In this document: positions 26,570 to 34,900 of the stretch, in pieces
How the letters are laid out: each line of letters starts with the position of its first letter
Position numbering within the stretch: the first letter of the stretch is position 1
DNA from: a virus
Lineage: Duplodnaviria > Caudoviricetes
Direction: 5' to 3' (one strand)
Length of the DNA stretch: 51,371 nucleotides
IMG/VR virus record: IMGVR_UViG_3300037801_000099
Span: 1 to 51,371 of that record
The notes under the pieces: model-generated
The model's database searches: none
What the model was told of the DNA's origin: nothing
The model's input: the letters and a program-made list of their open reading frames with translations, nothing else
Translations under genes and position numbers: made by a program

Positions 26570-27416
26570 CGTGTTCCTCCTGACCGTATTGGAAAAAGAA
26601 TCGATTTATCCGCTCTTGCGGATACTCGATATTCGCGGGGATAAGCCCCGAGTCCTTGCAAGACAAAATAGCCTTTAGCTTGTCTGCACTTAATTGGCCT
26701 TTGTCCAATAGGGCTCTGTATATCGCGCTGTACGTGCACCACTGGTCGTCTTTACTAAAACTGTAAACGGTCTTGCCTTTGGCTAACGCCGCAATACCCA
26801 TCTCAGAGTTCTCACAACAGCCGACAATCTGAGCGTTATTCAACAACTCGTGCCCCGACACCTTCTTCTCAATCACCGCATCACCGTACTTGTGTACAAG
26901 ATGCTCATAAGCTGATGCCGCTGTAAGTGGGTGGCACTTCAATTTCGCACCCTGGGCGACCGCCTCATCTACTTTTTTCCAATCAGTAACCTTGTCGAGA
27001 ATGTTCGTACCAGCAAGAAAAATGACGTATTCGTATGCCAAACCTTTCTTTCTCAGCCGGTACTTATCTCCACAGTTATTCGCCATTTCAGAGAAAAGCC
27101 GTTCACCTTCTTCTGTAATGTCGGTCTTCACAGCACGCTTCATGGCCTCGGTTGCCCACATACGGCTTGCAACCCTGATGTACAAAAACTGAGTTAGTAC
27201 ATCCGTGTACACATACCCATGAATGCGTTGATCACTTGGAAAGTCATACCAAACGTCGTACTCGACTTTCGTATCGTTAATCCACTTCTCTGGAACTAAA
27301 GACTTCAACTGTGTTAACTGGTCGTTGTCTCTGCTCCGTAAAACATTTCCAGATTTAAAGAAGTGGGCAACTGGGTTACCCAGTTCGTCTTTATCTGCGA
27401 GCTTCTTCAAGGTCAT
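26514..27416 (-). CDS. Glycosyltransferase-like protein (GT-B; KpsS/KpsC capsule-synthesis-like)
   Basis: DKY, K.HP and LL..A..V....NSEMGIAALAKGKTV motifs. Confidence 0.65.
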   Translation of the reverse strand: MTLKKLADKDELGNPVAHFFKSGNVLRSRDNDQLTQLKSLVPEKWINDTKVEYDVWYDFPSDQRIHGYVYTDVLTQFLYIRVASRMWATEAMKRAVKTDITEEGERLFSEMANNCGDKYRLRKKGLAYEYVIFLAGTNILDKVTDWKKVDEAVAQGAKLKCHPLTAASAYEHLVHKYGDAVIEKKVSGHELLNNAQIVGCCENSEMGIAALAKGKTVYSFSKDDQWCTYSAIYRALLDKGQLSADKLKAILSCKDSGLIPANIEYPQERINRFFFQYGQEEHVAPRNFGNRVQSLNRANG

Positions 27417-27534
27417 TCCTAAGTCTCTCCACCTCTTCCTCGAGGGCTGATATTCGATCTTCTGTTTCGCTGAAGTGCTCCATAATTATTTCCAGAGCGT
27501 TCTCCAACTTCCCGTTAATCTCTCTGAAGTCCAT
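27391..27534 (-). CDS. 47-aa coiled-coil protein (MDFREINGKLENALE...)
   Basis: Read by hand; GGAGG RBS, TAATG coupling; heptad pattern. Confidence 0.7.
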   Translation of the reverse strand: MDFREINGKLENALEIIMEHFSETEDRISALEEEVERLRNDLEEARR

Positions 27535-28799
27535 TAGTCCTCCGTCCACTGAGAGCCATCCCAGTAGCTCGCGTTGTGTGCGCTGCCGCTGGTCACTTCA
27601 GTCTGATTTCCGGTCGCGGTTAAGCGTTCGTAAACCACGGTTGATGTATCGCGGCTCGTGGTCGTTGATCGACTAGTGCCAGTTTCATGACTAGTAGATC
27701 GCGTAGTGTCAGTGTTAAACGCAGTAGTCGTATCGTGACTAGTGCCGTGTGACGTGCCAAACGTAGTCGTAGTGTCAAACGAGGTCGTTGTGTCGTGGCT
27801 TGTGCCAAACGTAGTCGTGTAAGACGTACTCGTGGACTTGCTGGTGCCAAACGTAGTCGTGGTGTTGTATGAGGTTACCGTTGATCTATTCGTTGAACGC
27901 GATGTGTTCCAGTATGTAGTCCAAGTAGTAGTCGTTGATCTGCTAGTGCCCTTCGATGTCTGCCAAACAGTCGTCCAACTAGTGGTAGTCGATCTGCTAG
28001 TTCCGCGAGATGTTGATCGAGAATGGCTGTTAGTTTTTTGGCGGTAAAGGCTTGCGCTACTAGTATTGTAGGCAGTCGTCTGAGTCACACCCCGATAGTA
28101 CGTCCACCCGCCACTGGTGACAGAGGTTGCGGTTACCCCTGTTGACACAACTATTGATGAGCCACCCCAGTAAATATTTGCGGTTGTCGAAAGTCGTACC
28201 CAGTTATACACCCCAACTGTGTAGTTATACCCTGAGCTAGGCTCTCTGGTAGTGCTAGACCAATATGTCGTATAGGACGTATTCCAACTAGTGGTCGTTG
28301 ATTTGCTAGTGGATCTTGTAGTGTTGTAATAGGTTGTCCAGCTAGTAGTCGTTGATTTGCTAGTGCTACGAGCAGTCTGGAAAGTAGTATTCCAAGTGGT
28401 AGTCGTGCTTCGGCTTGTCCCTGTTGCGCGGCTAGTGTTGTACGAGGTTGTAGTGTTGTGAGAAGTCGTACGGCTCGTGTTGTACGAGGTCGTAGTTGAT
28501 CTCGATGTCCCTGTAGCACGGCTCGTGTTGTACGAAGTGGTATAGCTAGTCGTAGTAGCGCGAGACGTACCCGTAGCAAACGTAGTGGTATACGTAGTCG
28601 TAGTATCAAATGAAGTAACCGTAGAAAAAGCTGTCGAGGTGTTGCGACTAGTCGTATAAATCGCGTTCCAAACAGTTGTTAACGTACCGTTATTGTTAGC
28701 TACAACATAGTTAACGCCATAAAGCGTACCCGAATCTCCTTTCGCAAAGATTTGGGTAGGCTCTTTTAGGGTGCCACTGTCGTTAACTTTGATAGACAT
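27534..28799 (-). CDS. Thr/Ser-rich fibre/appendage protein with self-complementary beta-hairpin arms
   Basis: Two T/S-rich arms (about aa 48-184 and 257-390) around a non-repetitive core. Confidence 0.85.
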   Translation of the reverse strand: MSIKVNDSGTLKEPTQIFAKGDSGTLYGVNYVVANNNGTLTTVWNAIYTTSRNTSTAFSTVTSFDTTTTYTTTFATGTSRATTTSYTTSYNTSRATGTSRSTTTSYNTSRTTSHNTTTSYNTSRATGTSRSTTTTWNTTFQTARSTSKSTTTSWTTYYNTTRSTSKSTTTSWNTSYTTYWSSTTREPSSGYNYTVGVYNWVRLSTTANIYWGGSSIVVSTGVTATSVTSGGWTYYRGVTQTTAYNTSSASLYRQKTNSHSRSTSRGTSRSTTTSWTTVWQTSKGTSRSTTTTWTTYWNTSRSTNRSTVTSYNTTTTFGTSKSTSTSYTTTFGTSHDTTTSFDTTTTFGTSHGTSHDTTTAFNTDTTRSTSHETGTSRSTTTSRDTSTVVYERLTATGNQTEVTSGSAHNASYWDGSQWTED

Positions 28800-28808
28800 G
28801 GCTGGCCC

Positions 28809-29396
28809 TTAGCTCACTACATACCAGATATGTCCGTTAGCAAAGCCACTTGCGCTGGTAGGAGCCGTAGTGACAACAGATTGTGTTCCCGCATTATTGA
28901 GCTTCGTATGATCTGCATCAGTAAACACATTTGAGTCACTGGCACTTTCGACTAAAGCTCTAATCTCTGCCGCTGTTTGGTCAGCAGTAGCGCTTGCTTC
29001 AATCCCATCGAGCTTCGTCTTCAAAGCATCAGTGAAATTGTTCTGAGTCAGACCGCCATCGCCCACAGAGTAAGTTGTATCGGTGTCGGCTTGAGTAGCA
29101 ACATCATTCAACCCAGCTGCAGTCAGTCGAATCTCTGCTTTATCAGCAGTGCTAAACGTGCGCGCAGAGGTGTTGTCTTGCCCCCTGGTAATCGTCAGCG
29201 TGTTGCCACTCCGAGCCGTACACTTAACGATCTCTTTCAGTGTAGGGTCACTGTCTACTTCTAGCGTTAGATAAAAGTAGTCGCTACCAGAAGGCGATGG
29301 GAAAACAGACCCATCAGCCACTGTAATAGATGTGGCAGAGTCTCCAACGCCCGCTGATAAGGTAGTGCTCGCGTTGTTTAAAAATAAAACTGACAT
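28809..29396 (-). CDS. Fibre/appendage structural protein
   Basis: NNASTTL..ITVADG..EIVKCTAR..LTITRGQD.T.A pattern of phage fibre N-domains. Confidence 0.72.
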   Translation of the reverse strand: MSVLFLNNASTTLSAGVGDSATSITVADGSVFPSPSGSDYFYLTLEVDSDPTLKEIVKCTARSGNTLTITRGQDNTSARTFSTADKAEIRLTAAGLNDVATQADTDTTYSVGDGGLTQNNFTDALKTKLDGIEASATADQTAAEIRALVESASDSNVFTDADHTKLNNAGTQSVVTTAPTSASGFANGHIWYVVS

Positions 29397-29407
29397 CTAA
29401 ACCTCTC

Positions 29408-29833
29408 TTACGAAGCGGTTACTGCCCACGTGATGGTCATCGCGTCCGACGAACCTTTGTTCACAGTTGCAAAAACGGTGCGGCAAAGCATGGTGCCGCC
29501 ACTGGAAGCATTGAGGATGCCCGCTTCGGTCAATGCAGCTGTCGCTGTACCAGCTGGAAAGGTTGCAACGTAAGTAATGACGTTATTGCTGACAGTGGTC
29601 GAGGTTAGTGCTACGCGGCCAGACTCTGTGCCCAGTGCAGTATCACCAGCCGCAGCTGCAGTGCTGCTAGTACCAACAGCCATGTGACTCATCGCGCCGT
29701 CAGTTGTGTCTTTCATTCGACTTGCTACGTAGCCCTTACCTGCGGTTACCACAAGGTTCGGTATCTCTTGAACGACTTCGTCGTTAACAGCCACAGTTAC
29801 ATGGCCAGTAAGTTTTAACTCTTCGTTAATCAT
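29408..29833 (-). CDS. Virion structural protein (collar/fibre-like)
   Basis: NLVVT.G, MAVGT, DTAL..E, EAGI pattern. Confidence 0.72.
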   Translation of the reverse strand: MINEELKLTGHVTVAVNDEVVQEIPNLVVTAGKGYVASRMKDTTDGAMSHMAVGTSSTAAAAGDTALGTESGRVALTSTTVSNNVITYVATFPAGTATAALTEAGILNASSGGTMLCRTVFATVNKGSSDAMTITWAVTAS

Positions 29834-29842
29834 GGTTTTATC

Positions 29843-30508
29843 CTATGAATTAAGTGTGTAAGTATTTAGTGCTGAAGCATTCAACACCGCGTTATGACCT
29901 GCCCTGATTTCGTAACTAAAGCTGTCTGTAAAAGACACGACGTTAGTTTTTTCCACACCCCAGTTAGGGGTCACGCTCACCAACTCGTCTAAACCAAACG
30001 CGTCTGTGAAACTTCTGGCGTAGGTCGCAACACGCCCAAAGGAGTCAGTAGCTGTAAAAGACTCAGCTACTGGCTTCGCAAATACACTGCTGTATGTATC
30101 GCTTATCGATATACCGTCTGCTTTACCTAGCGACACAGCTTTTTGCTGGCTTTCCGATAAGCTGACTGCCTCGGTCAACCCTTTGTCCAGAGCTATGACC
30201 GATACGTCGCTTACTGCGACCGAATCTGAAAATGCCCTTTCGATAATGAGCAATAGAGAAACTGTGTCGCTAAATCCGACGCTATCTGCCGCGGCCTTAG
30301 CTACAGCTTTTACCTGCTCATCGCTGAAACCTAAGCTGTCTAACGTAGTTTTTTGTGCCTCAAGCGCCGCCACATCTGAAAAGCTAAACGTATCTTCTGG
30401 CCACTGATTAATCGGGTATGCATCTAAAATGATGTCGGTGGCCGTCATGTCAACGTATGACGCGTTTGCCTTTATCAGGACATAAGTAACGTCAGTAGTT
30501 GCCGCCAT
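29843..30508 (-). CDS. Repeat-containing structural protein (18-20 aa D-S-x-x-F-S-D repeats)
   Basis: About 9 repeats such as DSLGFSD, DSVGFSD, DSVAVSD. Confidence 0.75.
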   Translation of the reverse strand: MAATTDVTYVLIKANASYVDMTATDIILDAYPINQWPEDTFSFSDVAALEAQKTTLDSLGFSDEQVKAVAKAAADSVGFSDTVSLLLIIERAFSDSVAVSDVSVIALDKGLTEAVSLSESQQKAVSLGKADGISISDTYSSVFAKPVAESFTATDSFGRVATYARSFTDAFGLDELVSVTPNWGVEKTNVVSFTDSFSYEIRAGHNAVLNASALNTYTLNS

Positions 30509-30882
30509 TAGTCAAAATCGCCCCGTACTTTTAGCTTGATCAAGTCGTAAACGGTCTGAATGCCACCAGACGCGAATGTCATCTCAAGCTCGCCCTCAAA
30601 GGTGCCTGCTTTATCTAGCGTCCCAGTAGGAAAATTAGTGGCGACCTTTCCGTTTGCACCGTCCGTAATAGTGCAAGTCAAAGTGGACTTAACTTCAGTA
30701 CTGCCCAGCTCGCGTATGCGTAGCTTCACAGAGCCACCCGTTATATTGATTGGTGCCCATGTAGAACTATCGTTCTCATCTAGCGTTTTGCCACTGGCAG
30801 CAGCAGAACTGTCTTTCAAACTGAAAGTCAGCTCAGGCAGGGTGTCACCTGCTACAAGATTTAAAGTTTGCGAATACGCCAT
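30508..30882 (-). CDS. BppU N-terminal-like (Ig-like) structural protein
   Basis: GDT.P.L...L.D, INITG.SVKL, G.FEGELE.TF..G..QT. Confidence 0.65.
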   Translation of the reverse strand: MAYSQTLNLVAGDTLPELTFSLKDSSAAASGKTLDENDSSTWAPINITGGSVKLRIRELGSTEVKSTLTCTITDGANGKVATNFPTGTLDKAGTFEGELEMTFASGGIQTVYDLIKLKVRGDFD

Positions 30883-30909
30883 CTTCTACACCTATAAGTT
30901 ATTCGATTA

Positions 30910-30926
30910 TATTAGCTCTGCTAATA
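30910..30926. promoter_or_regulatory. 17-bp operator TATTAG-CTCTG-CTAATA
   Basis: Perfect consensus; intergenic at the head of the fibre module. Confidence 0.85.
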
Positions 30927-30937
30927 AATGTATACCT

Positions 30938-31285
30938 CTAATAGCACCAGAGAACCGGAGTAGACTCCCTAATATCTACATGAACAAAGCCTTTAGCGGC
31001 ACCGACGCCCCCGAAGCCCAGCTCAAGCGCCTTTTCAATAAGCAACCTGCGCTGCACGCCGCCTTGTACAGCTATGTCAGCGGCCAGCCCAGTACTGTGC
31101 ATTCCTGGTTTTGACTTGGCCTTCTCGATACTGTGGTTGGGCGACCTGTATCCACTAGTTATGTAGAACGGGAAACCACAGGCTTCTCTCAGCTCGTCTA
31201 GACGGTGTATAAACGCCTCCGACATCTGGTTCTCACCAGTCTCTTGGCAGTCGAAGTCAGTAATTTTGAAGTACTTAAACATCAC
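30938..31285 (-). CDS. Endolysin, peptidase M15 family
   Basis: ITSGYR, H..G.AADI, FVHVD zinc motifs. Confidence 0.9.
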   Translation of the reverse strand: MMFKYFKITDFDCQETGENQMSEAFIHRLDELREACGFPFYITSGYRSPNHSIEKAKSKPGMHSTGLAADIAVQGGVQRRLLIEKALELGFGGVGAAKGFVHVDIRESTPVLWCY

Positions 31286-31566
31286 TATTCCCTAAACATG
31301 TAAACAATTGCGCCAACCAAGGCGGCCCATACAGACGCTACGATTCCCTGACCTACTTTCACGACCTGACTGTTAGTCCTGACTTGACCTTCGACCTCTT
31401 CGATCTTCTTCTCGTTCTCATCGAGACGATGCTCATGACGTTTCAGGCGCGCGTCTGTACCAATGAGCTTCTCTTCAACACGAGCTACGTTGGTTAGCAC
31501 TTCAGTTAGCTTGTCGATCTTTACTTCAAGACGGTCGAACCGTCGGTTTGTTTCTGGGTCGGTCAT
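31285..31566 (-). CDS. Coiled-coil + C-terminal TM protein (lysis accessory/holin-like)
   Basis: Heptads then a hydrophobic tail; lies between holin and endolysin. Confidence 0.65.
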   Translation of the reverse strand: MTDPETNRRFDRLEVKIDKLTEVLTNVARVEEKLIGTDARLKRHEHRLDENEKKIEEVEGQVRTNSQVVKVGQGIVASVWAALVGAIVYMFRE

Positions 31567-31940
31567 TTGCGCATTCCCATTAGCTTTGATGCGCCCTTGA
31601 TTCCGAAAGAACTAGAGATCGCGATAAATAGAAGGTATTGATACCACTCAGGTAGCTCGCCAAGCGTTGCAAATGCCTGCTGGACACGATCAATTACAGT
31701 CATGTCGTCAGCAATTATTGCGTACCCTACCATGAATATTGGTATAGCTAATATTATAGTCCAAAACTCATCTTTAAGACTGTTATTTGAGGCATCCGCC
31801 ATCTTTGTTTCCCAGTCTGCATCGTTCTGGATAATGTTCATTTTGGCTTCATGCTTTGCCTGCTTCTCAGCCGCTTTATTGCTGAGATATGTTTTGCCCA
31901 AATCCGCTACTGGGCCAAGTAATGCGCTAAATATGCTCAT
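31563..31940 (-). CDS. Putative holin
   Basis: Start ATG 31940 (MSIFSALLGP) with GAGG RBS; two TM helices, basic C-end. Confidence 0.7.
   Translation of the reverse strand: MSIFSALLGPVADLGKTYLSNKAAEKQAKHEAKMNIIQNDADWETKMADASNNSLKDEFWTIILAIPIFMVGYAIIADDMTVIDRVQQAFATLGELPEWYQYLLFIAISSSFGIKGASKLMGMRK
31737..31753. promoter_or_regulatory. Near-perfect operator TATTGG-TATAG-CTAATA inside the holin gene
   Basis: One mismatch; spacer and flanks match the 46688 site. Confidence 0.55.
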
Positions 31941-34900
31941 AGTACGGTCCTCGCGATCGCTCCAACGCCTAATATGACGCCAGCTTGTTCTTGCGGTGAG
32001 TTCATACGAGTCCATGCGCCATCTAATGGGCCGTCTCGTAACGTTTTATCTACAAGCTCAGCTGTTGGGCCGAGCAATGTTGCTAGTGCTGAGCCGCCCC
32101 AATCACCAGAACGCTGAGCCATAGTCAGCATTCCAAGAGGGCCATCCAAACCAGCTCTGCTAAATAACTCTAGGAAATAGGTGCCATAATCCATTTGATC
32201 CGACCGTAAATACCTAAAGCTGCCGTCAATCCCTGGTAGTGCAAAAGAAAGTCCCACTTTTGCGTACTCACGTAGTTCTAATCCAAGAGCCGCAAGAGGC
32301 ATAAACGCCGCCATTGTGAGAACCATTAATGGGCCCATTGCCGCAACAAAGCCTTTTCCTTCAAAAGTTCTTGTATGTGCTTCGCGCATTACGCCGTCGA
32401 GAATTACTTTGTTAAATGCATAGATGAATGACTTTAACTGCCACACTAGCGCAAAGCGCGGATCTGAGGCCCATATGGGGCGCTCGCCTGCATTGGGGCG
32501 TAATACAGAGCTTTCAACGAACCGTTGAAGCGCCGCTCTGACTGCCTCGCCCTCTTCCGTAGTAAAAGATTGATCGCCTTCGTTCCAAGCGCGCACTTGT
32601 TCAGCAGTAACACCCATTTGCCTAAGATATCTTTCTGAACGCTCAGTCGGATGGTATGCATGTTCAATCAAGAACTGCTTACCCATTCCAGTTGAAAACT
32701 CGCGCGACAACGTTGTTAAAAACTGTAGGCCCGTCCATTGGAAAAACTTGTCGGTGGCCTGACGAGCCGTCGGATCAAGCATGTCGCTATCGGCTTGTGA
32801 CATCCACGCGTTTGCCGCCGCTTCTGGCATTACCACGCCAATATCATTTGCGAGTCGTTTGGCTTGCTCCCTGTTTTGGATCTGATTCACTATCTCTTTA
32901 GCGGCCATACCAAAACCTTTGAACTCTCTGGTCTGCACAATAGAGCCAGCAAAGTCAGGTATCGAGGCTAACGTGGCGAATGGCAGTAGAGTTACAAGGT
33001 TCATGGTTGCCAAATAACTATTTGTCTTTCGCCAAAATGGCGATAAATGAGTAACGTTACCTACATAGGCATTTATCACGGATTGAGCTACTTCCCTCTC
33101 GCGCGGCGTCATTTCTTCAAGGAAAGCCCCTAGCTTGTCTTCGCCGTTAGGGCCTTTCATTGCTCTGTTCCATTCAACGCGCTTAGTAACGTTATCCACG
33201 TATTTCATTAACGCTACTTCTGGGTCCATCAGATATCCGGTATCGCGCAACAACCCTCTATCTACGTTTTTAGTTAGCTCAAGTGAGGCTTCAGCAACAG
33301 CCCCAGGGTCAAGTATGTCTTCGCTTTCCGGAGTGCCACCCTGATCAACAACTGCTTGGTATTTCACAAGGCGGTTGACTGACTTTTTCAATGCTTTCAT
33401 GTCAGTTTCGACGCCAGCAGCATTGTTCGCTTCGACGACCATTTCTATAAATGTATCTGGGTCAGCGGCAATTTCCGCGAGCTCGAGGAGTACTGGGAAG
33501 TAGTTCTCGCGGAAGTCGATCTCTGAATTAGATGGCGCTATGTAGTCCTCATGCATACGTTGCAAATAATTTCTGATTGCGACGGCTTTCGGATTTTTAA
33601 GTTCACCAGTGGGGGTACTGCTTTGCGCTTCTTTCAGAGCATCTTGTACTTCGTCAGTAGTCCAATCTTTACCCAAAACCTCGAATAGACCAGCGCGCCA
33701 CTTATCCCGCGCTAACTGTCTTGCTTGCGCAAAGCCCATTCCGCTTCTGTCAAAAGATCTTACGTAAAAAAGGTCTGCTAACTCATCACCACCAACCATG
33801 CGAAGCATGCCGTCTGCGGTTCTTATAATTCCCAGTATCTGAGTTGCCCAAGGGTTATCGTTCAAGAAGTCTCGGCCTATGTTCTCCATGAACTTTCTAA
33901 ACTCTGCCTCGCGCGCGGCGGCACCAGTCTCAATATTGATCTGCTCTTTAATAGCTTTAACAAACGCTTTCTGCTCGAACGGAGGCTCGTCAGGCTCTGG
34001 CATACCGTCAGTGTTAGGTGGGGGTGGAGGTGGAGTTCCGCCTCCTTGACCGCCGCCTGTAGCTGCTTGGTACTCAGCTTCCATACGCTCTTCAAAACGA
34101 GGGTCGAGGTCTGATTTCAACGGGGTATAGAAAGGATTTTCTTGCCCTTGTTGTAGAGCGTCTACCAAGTCCGATAACAAGTCATTCGCACCTTGCGTGT
34201 TTGGTGCGCCTTCAGGGTTCTGGTTATACCAACCAGCTTCTTGCAACGCGGTAAACATGTCGTCAATAGACAAGCCGTTATTAGTAAACACAAACTTGCT
34301 ACCAACGCGCTCTCGGTAATAATCTCTTAAACCATCTCTTTCAACCGACTCACGGCTTATCCCGCCTCGAGCGGCGATAGCAGCTAACAGGCCATCCTCA
34401 TCTCTAGGGGTAAAGTTTTTCTTGGCTTGCTTACGGCGGCGAGCGGTTTGTGCGCCTTGTCTGGCAAGCTCATCCCTCTGCTCTTGGGTTTGTTCAGTGG
34501 TAGGCTGTGCCGCTCCCATTGCTGACGCAGAGCCGACCATATTTCCATCGTCATCATAGATCGGGTTAGCAACTACCTCACGCGTACCTTCACGGGTCTC
34601 CATAACTGAGTCCATGTAAGTACTAAACTCAGGGGCCACCGTATTTGTTCGACGGAAGATCGCGCTGTTTTTCACATCGCGCCATAACTGCTTAAAGCGA
34701 TTCGCGACTCTCTTAAAGTGGCTATCGACAGCGTTCTTAGCACCACGCTTGTCTTTAGTCATATCTTTCTTGATCCACGCAGCTATTTGGTCTGCGTACC
34801 ACTCTTCGAAACCGTTTTTACCTTCGTACTGTTTTGTCGCACCTTTCTTAGCTCTATCGCGAATAAAGCGTTCTGACAGTCGTCCTAGAATTGCTGGGTT

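Noticed and set aside
27640-28640. DNA repeats as CRISPR array or DGR template/variable repeats
   Set aside because: Repeats are degenerate and in frame, explained by the protein repeats; no reverse transcriptase seen in the window
27534-28799. Ice-binding (TxT beta-solenoid) or disordered mucin interpretation
   Set aside because: Spacing is aperiodic (4/6) and mirror-complementary between the arms, which fits a hairpin better than a fixed-period solenoid; not formally excluded
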